Position numbers and translations under genes: made by a program
Origin: Mobula hypostoma
Taxonomy: Eukaryota
Direction of reading: 5' to 3'
Length of the DNA stretch: 64,000 bases
Assembly: GCF_963921235.1 (NCBI RefSeq)
Contig: NC_086097.1
Span: forward strand, 56,670,001-56,734,000
Shown: positions 49,501-61,705 of the stretch, piece by piece
Layout: each line of letters begins with the position of its first letter
Position numbering within the stretch: the first letter of the stretch is position 1
Notes under the pieces: model-generated
The model's database searches: none
Told to the model about the DNA's origin: nothing
What the model saw: only the letters and a program-made list of their open reading frames with translations

Positions 49501-50420
49501 GGAATATCTGCAAAACACGTCTACATATTCCCAACATCTAATGATTGTGGATATAAAACCCATTCTATGATGATACAAATTTGCATCTTGCGGAAGGGGA
49601 GCATTCTACCAGAAGCAAAACTACTCTCTTGAGGTTAGGGCTAAAGTCCATTTCTAAAACTGATTATTTCTGATGGAAGTCTGATACTGCATGAGACATT
49701 AATTTCTTTGATCAACTTTAGAAACCTTCAGTATAAAGGAGATATACTCCTGGAAGAGAATGATGGGCAGAAGCACAGGGCACAGTCACTGAAATCAGAT
49801 ACCACTAGCTGTTTAGCATTATTACAAGTGACAAAGCTGAAGCAGAAGATTCTTGGTTTGTCTTAGGCTAAATTGGAAATTAAAGGTTTTGTTACCTATT
49901 TTCCAAAATTTGTTGTTAAGACATCAACATAAAACAGACTTCACAATTAGCTCCATTATAAATGTAATGTTCTGTTATGTTTATACGAGATTGGCAGCTA
50001 TTAATTTTTGAAGAGACTCTAACAAGCTAAGAACAGAAAATAAAAGATGTCTATAGTACAGTCTTGGCTTTAAATGAATCAAATCTACACAGAGATCTTA
50101 CTCATGCACACAAAGAGGTAAAAAAGTAACCAACTGGTTATAAGGATACAGATTAACTATTAGATTCACAATTGTGATTTGTTTTCAAATGTTTTTATTG
50201 TGAAGCAACATCAGCTTAACCACAACCGACAATGTCCTAAAGTACAATGCTTCTTTTCTCTTTCTTATAACAACATAATGAAAATCAAATGAATGTATGT
50301 ATAGTAACAAGCAAAAAGCAAAGGAAATCCTACCACCCCGTCTCCCTTCTCCTTTCCCAGCCCTCCCTCCCCTCACCCCTCCCGTATGTGCTGTTTAGGT
50401 CCTACCGCCCACCACTTAGT

Positions 50421-53400
50421 TCAGCTGTCGGTCTCTTCTAAATACAACAGTAATGGCTGCCAGATTTTTTCAAATTCCTTGAGTCTGTCTGTGATAACGT
50501 ATCTTATCTTCTCTAGATGCAGAGTATCCATTAATGCAGCCAGCCGTTGTCTGAGTGATGGAGTTTCCTCCTTTTTCCAGAACATCAGTATGAGTTTCTT
50601 TCTATTAAGTATGCCATAGGTCAGGAGTTGTTGCTGGGTAGCCTGGAATTTATTTGACCTCGCAGAAGTTCCAAATTTATTAAAATGGGGTCTGGTATTA
50701 TCTGAACCTTTAGCACCTTCGATAGGACCTCAAATATTTGCTTCCAATACGCTTGTATCCTGGGACATAAAGCCTAACTACGTAACAAATTTGCCTCCGA
50801 GGGCTTGCATTTCTCACACACTGGGGACACCTCTGGGAATATTTTATGAATCCTCTCCTTTGAGTAATGCAGTCTATGTAGAATTTTAAGTTGTATTAAA
50901 CAATGCCTGGCATTGATGGAACAGGAGTTAACATACTCCAAAGCCTCATTCCATATAACCTCCTCAATCTCTGTACCTAACCCCTTTTCCTGCTCTTTTT
51001 TAATATTATCCATTGTTGTATGACACTTGTTTTGTATGGTATCATACAGATAGGCGATGATGTGTTCTGTCCCTAAGCATGATCTTAAATGATTATCTAA
51101 TTTATCAGGTTCTGTCGTCTCAAAACCAGAAAGATGTGATCTTATATCGTGTCTTAGCTGGAGGTACCTGAAAAAATGACTCTTTTGCAATCCGAATTTC
51201 TCCTGGAGCTGCCGAAATGACACAAAAATCCCTTGTATGTATAAGCCTCCAACGCTGCGTATCCCTAATTCTCGCCATGCATCAATGGCCCCATCTATAC
51301 ATGAGGGAATAAAGGAGAGGTTCGCTGATATAGGTACAAAAAAAGATAATGTTCTGAGTTTCAAATGCTTCGCCATTTGCCTCACATCTGTATGGTGCTA
51401 TGGATAATGGGATTGCCTCTTTAACAGGCTTTATGTAACCGAATTGGGGACATAATGATTGCCCCAATGGAATATGGTAGGCAATCCTCACACTCCATCT
51501 CCAACCATCCGGGAAGTACAACCGTATCATCTATCCAGTATGCTATATGGCTAATGTTAGCAGCCCAGTAATGAAAAATAAAGCTGGGTAGTGCCAGCCC
51601 CCCACTAGTCTTATTCTTGCAGAGATGTTCTTTCCTAATTCGATGGGCTCTATAATTCCATATAAAAGGTAGAATTATCAAATCAAGTCCTTTAAAAAAG
51701 GTTTTGGTAAGATAGAGGGGCAGGTTCTGAAATAGATAGAGCAATTGGGGAAGAAAGATCATCTTGACTGCATTTACTCTACCCACTAAATAAATTGGGA
51801 GTGTCTTCCAAAATTCTATTTTCTTTTTAATCTTCTCAATTGGGTAAAATTTGCTTCAAATAGAGAACTATACTTTTTGGTTATTACAATTCTAAAGTAA
51901 GTAAACTTCTCAAGGGTTATTTCAAATGGAAATTGTTTAAGCCCCTCCTGTTCTTCTACTCGGACCGGGAATAATTCACTTTTCCCCCAATTAATCTTAT
52001 ACCCCGTGAAAGTGCCAAATAAATTGACTATTTCCAGCAAAACTAGAATAGTAATATATGGTTTCATTACAAACAACAAAACATCATCCGCATAAAGGGA
52101 AATTTTGTTGATAGTATATTCTGTATTGTACCCATAAATTTCGGGGTGAGAACATATAGTCTCCGCCAGTGGTTCCAGGGCCAACGCAAACAATAAGGGA
52201 CTTAGTGCACAGCCCTGTCTTGAGCCCTTGTGCAAACTGAATGGTTCTGAGATGGTCTGATTAGTTCGTATTTTAGCGCTAGGGTTACTGTACAGTAGCT
52301 TAATCCAAGTTATAAATTTGACTCCCATTCCAAATTTTTTCAAAACCTCATAGAGGTATTGCCATTCCACTTGGTCGAATGCTTTCTCAGCATCTAAACT
52401 TAATATTATGAGGTCTTCCTTAGGATGTCTTGGGGAATGCATTATATTAAGAAGGCGCCTGATGTTATGGAAAGAATTCCTTTTAGGGGTAAACCCTGTT
52501 TGATCTGAGTGTACCAATTTATTTATCTGCTGACTGAGTCTCCTTACCAGCGTTTTAGCCAAAATTTTCTGATCCGAATTTAGCAGTGAAATCGACCTAT
52601 AAGATCCTACCTCCTCTGGGTCTTTGTCCTTCTTCAGAATAAGCGTGATAATTGCCTCGTTCAGGGTTTGGGGTAACCTGCCAGTTTCAAACGACTTTCT
52701 ATACATCCTTACCATATAAGGTGCTAATAAGTCATTAACCTTCTTATAGAACTCATTACCTATTCCACCCGAACCTGGACTCTTGCCATTTTTCAGGGAT
52801 CTTATTGTTCTTACTATTTCATCACTTGTAACCTCTGCTTCCAAAGCCTGACACTCTGTCAGATTGAGTGAAGGTAATCGACAAGTGTCCAGAAATGAAA
52901 TGTATGCACGCTCCCCGTCGGTACATTAGATTGAGATGCATATAATTTTTCATAATACTGACAGAATCCTTGATTAATGTCTTTGTGTGACATCAATGGA
53001 GCGCCCGAGTCTGATTTAATTTTATGAATGGCCCGATCACTTTCCAATTTGCATAGCCGTCTTGCCAGCAATTTGTGTGGTCTATCACCAAATTCAGAGA
53101 AATTCTGTTTTGTAAATGTAAAGGCTTTGCACATCCTTTCTGGGAGTATTTGGTTAAGTCTGTATTTTAATGCTGAAATTCTGTTGTATTTTTCTGCGGA
53201 TGGTTGTCGCGCGTTCTCCATGTCTAGTTTACGTATTTGTTCTTCTAATTCTATTTGTTCTGCTCTACTACGTTTCTTTAGGGAAGACTGAAAAGAAATT
53301 ATACATCCTCTAACGTAAGCTTTAAATGTTTCCCATGGTAGTCCAGGGGGTGCTTCACTATTATCATGTGTCTCAAAAAACAATAAAATTTGAGATTCTA

Positions 53401-54231
53401 AATACTCACAAAATTTTGGGTTTGTAAGTAGCTGAAGATTAAATCTCCAATTTCTATGTATTAGCGTCGATTCACTCAGCTCCAGTGAAAAAGTAACAGG
53501 GCTGCGGTCTGAGATGACAATATTATGATATCTTACGTTATCGACCTGTGGCAGTATTTTGCCATCAAGGAGGAAATATTCAATTCTAGTACAGTATATA
53601 CATTATGAACTCTACAGTGGAATGAATACTCTCTCCCTGTTGGGTTGAATAGTCTTCATATCTCACACAGATTCATATTGTCTATATATATTTTCAGCAG
53701 GTTATCTGCCTTTGATGGTAATGCTCTCTGATTGGAAGATCTGTCTAAATATGTATCCAGAACAAAATTAGAATCCCCTCCAATAATCAAGTTAGTGCTG
53801 GAGACCTCTGGTATCAATTCTAGAACTTGTCTAAAAAATTCCGGGTCATCCCAGTTTGGTCCGTAGATATTCAGTAAGGTAACTGGCATAGATTGTATTT
53901 CCCCAGTAACTATAATATATCTCTCATCCTTGTCTGCTATTGATGTTAGGTGACAAAATGGAACGTTTCTGCGAATTATTATTGCCACACCCCTAGATTT
54001 CATTGGAAACTTTGAGGAATATATTTGGCCTATCCACTTGCCCCTAATTTTACAGTGAGCTTCATTCTTCAAGTTTGCTTCCTGCAGGTAGATCACATCG
54101 ACCTGTAGTGATTTTAGGTGAGACAGCACTTTACCCCTTTTCACCGGCCCAATAATCTCATTTACATTCCAGGAACAAAAAGTAATGCGATTTTTTGTCC
54201 CCTGACCTCCTACCCTCTCAGTATTTAACAT
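50421..54231 (-). pseudogene. L1 ORF2 (APE endonuclease, RT, Cys-rich C-terminus), broken into several frames
   Basis: SWNVNEI, YLQEANL, NIYGPN, GGDSN, SLDAEKAFDQVEW, GSRQGCALSPLLF, LYADDVL, GGLALPS, CEKCK and a terminal KIWQPL...*. Confidence 0.92.
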
Positions 54232-54336
54232 CTGTATGATGATGTTTTTGACCTGTTCTGGACCTTGAAATCTATCGGTCATTAGAAATGAATGGATCCT
54301 AAACAGCTGTAAGGGGTTTCTTCTCACTGTGCACAG

Positions 54337-55253
54337 TCACTTCTCAGCATTTCCCAAATGACGTTCCGCATACTGGTGAGCTTCTTCTGGATCTGTAAAC
54401 ACCGCCTCGGTTCCACTAATTGTCACTCGTAGCTTCGTGGGATAGAGGAGGCCAAACTTGACTCTGGGTCTATCCTGCAGCAACCTCCTGACCAGTGTGA
54501 ATGCCGCACATCGTTTAGCCACTGTGGATGGAAGGTCTCTGAAGATCTGAATCCTTTGTCCTTGATATTGTAGATTCTTGGTACTTATCACCTTCCGCAT
54601 TATATCTTCAAATACATGGCATAACGGATCCTCACGATCAGGTATCGCGGCAGCTCATCGTCCCCCAGGCGCTTCCGAAGTGCTCTATGTGGCTGGTCGA
54701 TCACCGGAGCTCCTTCCAGGTTTAGAGCTTCTTTCAGCATCTGTGCTGCGAAATCTCATGTCTTCTGCCCATTTTCCTTCCCCTCTCGTAGGCCAGCAAT
54801 TCTCAGATTCTGTCGTTTCGAACGTCCCTCTAAATCCAGGCATTTTTCAGAAAGTTGTTCAACTTGGCCACAAAGTCATTTCACCTTGCTTTCCAGCTCC
54901 ACAACTATGTCCGGAGCTCCGTTAGCTGACTCTGCTATCTCTTTCAGAGTTTGATCTTATGTATTCAACTGGGCGTTCACTGCGGTATTCGCAGTGTCAT
55001 TTTCCGCTTTCAACGAAGCAATTTCACTTCTCAAAGCGACTGCTGCCTCTGCAACTTTTGCTTCAATTTTCTTACAGGTGTCTGACTTCACCGTAGTTAG
55101 CTCTGCACGTAGCGACTCTATGACCACCAATATCGCATTGTTGTCCATACTCTGTGCACGTGGCTCCAAATTGCCCTCACTCGTGAGCTCCGAGGCGGCA
55201 ATTGGGCCCGTTTCTTCATTTGTCTCTGCCTTAGCCATTCCTCTTCTTGGCAT
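54337..55253 (-). pseudogene. L1 ORF1 (coiled coil plus C-terminal domain), frameshifted
   Basis: Coiled-coil-like N-terminus (ORF 54957-55265) and YQGQRIQIFRDL...KFGLLYPTKLRVT (ORF 54337-54600). Confidence 0.88.
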
Positions 55254-57060
55254 TTTGTAGCGCACTCCTTCACTCTTTCTCCTTCTGGTATGTATTGAAA
55301 AGTACCTCCCCTTCTTTTGCCACCCTAAACCTCAAATTGACTTTGTGTAAATGAAGTCTTAATATCAAATCTGCCGGAGCTACAGGAGGGTGCCTCCTAC
55401 TTCCTCAGGGCTCAACAGCACCCCCCCCCCCCATTGTGTTATTTTCCATTTAGGAAGTTAGACATATTATCCTGTTTGACATTTGTGATAATTTTTGTAA
55501 ACACTTTGATTGAGGTCTGATAGAACATGTGATTACATTTGATTAAAGGAGCTAGATTTTGTGAATTTATAAAAATAATTGGATTAACATAAAAAATAAT
55601 TGTTGATCAGAGACTACTACTTGTTGATTTTGACTTTTAGCCAGCCCTAGTTCCTGATATTTGAACTAGCTATACACCCCCGATTTGTCTAGCATGTGTG
55701 TAGCAGAGCAGATGACTTATTGATGTCAGGAGATGACTTGATTCGAGCCATCAATGGGATATCAGTTTGTTCTGTCTTGCCTATAAAATCAGACCAAGAA
55801 TGCTATTTAAAATATTGTGTTTCACAGTACCACTATTCATTTTATTGCATTATACTGATGATGTTTTTGAGTTGAGAGTGTCAGGAATTGTGAAGGCTTA
55901 AAGACATATCAAGAACATATCAGTATTGTCCCTCAGTTTGGATAGGCTTCAAGTTTCATTATTCCCTACTATCTCAGTCTTACCACACCATGTATAACTT
56001 TTCTTTGGTCAATTGTTAAGTCTTGTAGCGTGACGATTGTCAGCAATGATTTACCATGTTACAATCTGTTCCTGGAGCAGATAAGAAATCCTGAAGTAGC
56101 ACAGATAATGACACCAAATCCAATCACCAGCCCCACCTCATCGTATAGTAAATGAATGTGATGGATAGAATTAAATTGTCTTATAAGAGTGTCCTCTAGC
56201 TTATTCACTAATACCTCTTTAATATTTCTGGATGCACTGGGAAGTAACACTTTCTCCAGGACTGCATTAATATAACAGAGGAGTAGAATTCAGCAGATTA
56301 TTCATATTAGGGACTGTAACATGTACAGGTTTGGTTGTTGGTCTACATTTGGCAAAACGGGTGGCTTTTAGAATTGCATTTATGTTACGTGCCTTCAATC
56401 TGTAAAATATTTCAAAACTCTTCAGAGGCACATTATAAAAGAAAGACTCCAACAAAAGATATACTACACTCTGTCAGAGTTGGGGTTTTAGGGAAGGTGA
56501 TAAAGAGGAAGAAAAAAAATGATGAAATAGAGGCAACTAACCCTTCAGAAGTTTCCAAGCAAACATTGTGTAATTTCTTAACTAGAAAAAATCCAAATTT
56601 ATTAATCTATGAAATAGACAATCCTACAGAGCACAGGCACGCCTTAGGATGAAGAAAAATAGCACTGATCTTGAAGACTCAAGGCTCTGTGGTTAACAGA
56701 ATTTCCCCCATTAACATTCACCTAGCAATGACAGCCTGTTCATTACAAGTAGTTAGTACAGAGGCCACTTTGGAACAGGTCAGCTGTAGTCTATGCTCAT
56801 TAGGTTGTAATCAAATTTAAGCCCGAGCTACTTTTGACTTTCCTTTCTTGGTTTATTTCTTTTTGAGGAAATAGTTATATGTTATAGGATAATGTTTGAA
56901 GTCGATAAGTATATCATTTAGTGAAAGGGATTTACACCATGATATAGGAACAATTTTAAATTTAGTTTTACATTTTCAAGATCCAAGTAGTAACAGCCAG
57001 CAATAAAAAGAATTGGTAGAAAAGCAAAACTAATACTTTTCACACTTAAGGGTCACAGCA

Positions 57061-57379
57061 CTAAGGTAGAAGGAGATGAGTTATACAGCTCTCGTTACAT
57101 GCACGTGCAATTCAACTCTTTGAGTAATTATGCAGAAAGTTTGAAGTTAATAACTCATCTCCTTCTACCTTAGGCCACGAACTTATCAATCACCCCTGCT
57201 GTGGACCACTTTCTGGAGGTCCAAGACGCCGACTTCTACAAATAAGGGATCCATATGCTCCACAACTGCTGGACTAAGTGTGTAAATATAGGAAGGGACT
57301 ATGTTGAAAAATAAATGTGCTAGTTTTTCTAAAATTGAGTCCTTCTACCTTAGGCCACGAACTTATCAATCACCCCTCG
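57061..57379 (+). mobile_element. Mariner-derived non-autonomous element, left end truncated
   Basis: TIR tccttctaccttaggccacgaacttatcaatcacccct occurs twice (about 57160-57197 and 57340-57377), and the right end is followed by TA. Remnant FYK*GIHMLHNCWTKCVNIGRDYVEK* is typical of a mariner transposase C-terminus. Confidence 0.88.
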
Positions 57380-57389
57380 TATTAACAGA

Positions 57390-57705
57390 AGAATATAAGG
57401 CAGGAGCAGTAATGGGTCATTCAATTCCTTATATTTCCTCTCCTGTTCAATACTACTTTCCGTTACTGACCCAAATCCCTCAATTTTCTTAATACCTAAA
57501 CCTGCATCTTCAATATCCTCAATGCATTAAGCATCTGAATTCCAGTGATTTGGGTGAAGAAATGTATTTTCAATGCTGTCCTGAATGGCTGGACTGTTAT
57601 TCTGAGACATGATTGCTAGTATGAACAGGGACAACGTCAACAATACGGCAAGCCCTGTAAGAATTTTGTCTAACCGATTCTTCTAAACTCGAGGAAATTT
57701 TTTAA
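57390..57705 (-). mobile_element. Old CR1 3' remnant
   Basis: aggagcagtaatgggtcattca, tgggtgaagaaat and gattcttctaaactc. Confidence 0.6.
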
Positions 57706-57707
57706 AT

Positions 57708-58100
57708 CTGTCAGCTTAAACCCATCTGGCCATTCTCCTCTGACATCTCTCATTAATAAGGCATTTCCTCCACAGAACTGCTGCTCACTGGATAATTTTT
57801 ATTTTGTTTTGCTTCATTCTCTGTAAACTCCAGAGACTGTTGTGTGTGAAAATCCCAGGAGATCAGCGGTTTCTGAGATACTCAAACCACCCTGTCTGGC
57901 ACCAACTATCACTCCATGGTCATAAAGACTTAGATCACATTTCTTCCCCATTCTGATGTTTGGTCTGAATAACAATTAAACTTCTAGACCATGTCTGCAT
58001 GCTTTTATGCTTTGAGTTGCTGCCACATGATTGGCTGGTTAGATATTTGCATTAACAAGAGGGTTTACAGGTGTACCTAATGAAGTGGCCATTGAGTGTA
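57708..58100 (+). mobile_element. Tc1-type non-autonomous element, right part
   Basis: Ends ggtgtacctaatgaagtggccattgagtg-ta. Same family as 43060-43402. Confidence 0.8.
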
Positions 58101-59143
58101 CGTCCAGCTCCTGGCCTTCATGTGTGGTAGAATTATCATGTCATATAAAGCGTAATTCAAATTACTAATTGTATTAAAAGATCTATTATGATAACCCAAG
58201 AATATATTTCATAATTAATAGTTACTTTTTTAAAAAAAGATCTTAAAGCAGAAATGTCCCATAAATGTGGATGCTTCCTACTCTAGCATTTTAAAAAGCT
58301 CCACCCCCTCTAATTTTGACTATGCACTTCAGAAGATAAGTAGAACTTAAAACTTACAGTATCTCATAATTTTGGTCAGTGAGGGAGGGAGGGATGGATG
58401 ACGTGAAGGCTAGTAGTGAATTGAATCTTAAATCAACATAAAATATTGCAGGAAACAAAAATGCAAATGATCCTGTACAAGTCTTTGACAAAATTCCAGG
58501 ATCTTTTATGCTAAATTAACAGAGTCAACACAAATGCCATTGATATAATTGAATGCAGAAATTCAGCTTCAGAACTGTGCTTTTAATTTATGACTTGCAA
58601 TTAATAATTCTTGCTCATAGTTATCTTCGTCTTGCATTTCATCTAGTAATAAATTTGTTATTATATTGTTTATGCTGCAATAGTGGTTTGCAATATTAAT
58701 GTACTCCCGTGAGACAATAAAAACGGCAAAAGAAAATCTATAAAAACAGTTATAAAAGGATAACTTATAGGTTTTATTTTTCCACTGAATATTTGAAATT
58801 CTTGCACAATGAAAACCTGGTCCCAGGGCAGAACTGTATCGCTAGCTGTAACATTAAAGGAGCAATATTGATTAAGATGTTTTATTTTACATACATACAC
58901 CATTTATTAGTCTAGTCCATTGAAATAAACAGCACCAAACATGAAATGAGAACCTTCACAAGTGTGTTTACTAAAGCAGATATTTGCTTGGAATTTGCTG
59001 AAGGAAACGGAGGCTTATAAGAACACATTCTTTCAGCAATCTGCAAAGGATTTGGCAACTTACGGCAAGGAAAAGATACTCTGTTAAATGCACAGGTTTC
59101 TGGGTGCACCAACTGCAGCTTATTACTACATTGGTTTCCCATA

Positions 59144-60094
59144 GGACTACGTCGGATAATTTTGAAAACGCTGGTTTCGAGTAAAAACGACAGGCATCCG
59201 TACTAAGCGTTTTTCAAAATATCTCCGTCCATGTTAGGCGGATATTTGGGCGCATCTCCTCCTACTGGGCATGCGCAGGACACAGAAAACAAGCGAAGAG
59301 GGAACGATATTCTTCATGCGTGTTTGTCCAGTTACAGAGTAGAAAAACTTTAAAGGAATTGCTCTTGGCTCTCGCACAGGAGGACTTATAACTTAAAAAA
59401 AAACAAATACTGGAGCGTATGGAGGCAACCGACAGGGAGTTCACGGACAGCATGACCCAGCTGACGACGAACATTGAAAAACTAACTCTGTTACATTAAT
59501 AAAGCACCTTGTTAAATGTATAAAACGTCTGCATCCATACAATGTTACATTAGGCTGTTACACATCTATTGTCAGAGAAGTACTTGCATAAATAGGTAAA
59601 CCACCTTCATACAAGCAAGGACAGAAAACAGGGCGAAGTGAGTATACTTATTTATTCAGTAAGCTATGGGTCAACTGGCTTCAGTCTCGTCCGTCTGTTC
59701 TGAAATTGTTAGGTGGTTGCGTTCAAGAAAACAACGAACATCTGTTCCAGCACGTCATGACAGCGTTTTTAAATAGTCAAAAAAGCTCACTTTACAATTT
59801 AACTCTCACGCCATTCACACCGGCTGCGCATTATAACAGCTTGCGAAGTACCAAGCAGAAGCAGAAAAAGCATTGTTGTTGTGGTGTTGTCATGACAGCG
59901 TTTTTAAATCTCTCCGGTTACCCCGTACACACTACAACGGATATTAGGCGTTTTCAGATTTATTCACTCTGGAGATGGTTTCTGAAAATCTCCGTTTTCG
60001 GGGGCTGAAAACGCCGGCTCAGTGTGGACAGGAGGGCAAAATGAAGAGAAAAAGCTTCGTTTTCAAAATTATCCGGCGTAGTGTGGACGTACCC
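59144..60094 (+). mobile_element. Non-autonomous PIF/Harbinger-like DNA transposon
   Basis: Left actacgtcggataattttgaaaacg is inverted to right cgttttcaaaattatccggcgtagtgtggacgtaccc; the left tip is partly deleted. Internal coiled-coil-like remnant ILERMEATDREFTDSMTQLTTNIEKLT. CpG-rich. Confidence 0.75.
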
Positions 60095-60186
60095 TCAGAT
60101 TTGAAGCATTTCAGGAGATCTTATACAAATGGCATTCAATCACTGATCACTCTGCTGATGTGCTTTTGCACACCACTGTTGTAATG

Positions 60187-60311
60187 CATAAACACAAAAT
60201 AATCTGCAGATGCTGTGATCAAAGCAACACTTTCAGTACGCTGGATGAACTCAGCAGGTCGGGCAGCATCAGTCAGAAACGATGAGTCAACGTTTCAGGC
60301 CGGAACCCTTC
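60187..60311 (-). mobile_element. Short Penelope terminal insertion inside a Tc1-type fragment (about 60150-60358)
   Basis: Perfect 9-bp TSD gttgtaatg at 60178-60186 and 60312-60320. The minus strand begins gaagggttccggcctGAAACGTTgactc. The flanks match 43160-43228. Confidence 0.85.
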
Positions 60312-61109
60312 GTTGTAATGTGTGGTTATTTGAATTACTTTCATCTTCCTGTCAGCTTAATCAAGAATGAGAAAGCCAATTCAAGAAAACTATAAATACA
60401 GTAACTTTTAATGAAAGTTTTGATACAACTATGGTATTTTACAATACACCAAATAAAACAAAAATCAATCCTAATTCAATAGACTGATTACCACACCACA
60501 TCACAGAAGGCCTAGCCCTCTGAGTAAAGCCAAACCATCCAATTCTATTCATGAAATGAATTATACAATATCGGGCATAACAGCATAAATATATTTTTCT
60601 TCCCTTCAGTCTGTTTTCTTTTACCTCATTGTTTATTTGTGCATCTCTTTTCATCCATCCATCATCAGTATTTCTCCGTTCTCTATTTCCTGACCTACGT
60701 TGTTCCATCGCTGACTACTATATTTTAGTTTTTCTCCTCCCTCCTACCACCTTCCTCTGTACCCACTCCCATTCCCTATATTTGTGTTGATTTTTGTTTT
60801 GCTCCTCGGTTTTCTCTCTCAGGATTCCAAGAGGTTCCAGGTAATCTTCATAGGCGTTTTTCTGATCATCGGCGATGAGGTGGTGTACAGTACTTTGTGC
60901 AGTGAGTGAACTGCCAGGACTGACTAAACAGACAGCCTGTGCAGTGTGGATGTGTGTGCTTTTGTTGCTACTTTACATCCAACAGACTTCCTGCAGAGCT
61001 GGATCGAACCATCAGCATTCAGAGGAAACTATTCTACCCCCTGCGACTGCATTCCAGAACTGACAACCGACAGAGGGGCAGAATATCCGACCACAAGCAC
61101 TGGAGCTGG

Positions 61110-61432
61110 GCTATGCAGGAGGTGTTCACATCAGCTCAATCACCCAAGCGTACAGGAACCCAGAGCTTACACTCAACAACCCCAAAGACAAAACTCTCTT
61201 CCATCCACCCCTACTGCGCCACAATACTCCAATGATAAAAGGTCAAGACGAGGCACTGCTGTATGTCCCAACTCTCAGGGGACATCTCTTGGCAAAGGCA
61301 GACAGTGATGTTGAAATTCACCACTGCCTTCAATACCCCAGTAAAGTCTTTGGTCAACTGAAGATCAAGACTTCAGAGCCTGACACAAAACCCACGACCT
61401 CCCAGGCAGCAGAGATCCTTGCCCTCCCATGT
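61110..61432 (+). mobile_element. Old RTE-clade fragment
   Basis: LRGHLLAKADSDVEIHHCLQYPSKVFGQLK, similar to 25370-25470. Confidence 0.6.
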
Positions 61433-61477
61433 ATTTGAAACCAGGATTACCTTGAATTGTGAGTGAGATGCATCTGA

Positions 61478-61705
61478 GGCAAGTGGAACTGTTCCCTCAT
61501 TGCTCCAGCAGCTAGGGTTCAATCCTGAACTCAGGTACTGTCTGTGTGAAGTTTGAATATTCTCCGTGACCACGTGGGTTTCCTCCAGGTAGTGTGTCGA
61601 CGACTGTCAGGGAGGGGGGTGTTGTTGTTGATGGGAATATTTGGAAAATGAATTACAGAGAAAGTTAAACGGACAAAGGGATTGTTGTGAGTTAGTATAA
61701 ACTTG
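61478..61705 (+). mobile_element. V-domain SINE remnant
   Basis: B-box gggttcaatcctga and gtgaccacgtgggtttcctccagg. Confidence 0.7.

Larger units (their letters stand above)
50180..55432 (-). mobile_element. Apparently full-length (~5.25 kb) L1-clade LINE, inactivated
   Basis: 5' G12 run at 55421-55432, short UTR, ORF1, ORF2, G-rich 3' UTR, AATAAA and an A-rich end. Imperfect TSD attgtgattt (50171) / attgtgttat (55433). Confidence 0.93.

Noticed and set aside
43060..58100. One giant 15-kb Tc1 element bounded by the left TIR at 43060 and the right TIR at 58100
   Set aside because: The two pieces overlap in internal sequence (about 43220-43400 versus 57710-57890), so they are separate partial copies.
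60720..60915. Minus-strand open frame (...LREKTEEQNKNQHKYREWEWV...) as the upstream ARMH4 exon
   Set aside because: Only vague similarity to EWEQQNQGL, no phase-1 GT donor in that frame, and no acidic tract.
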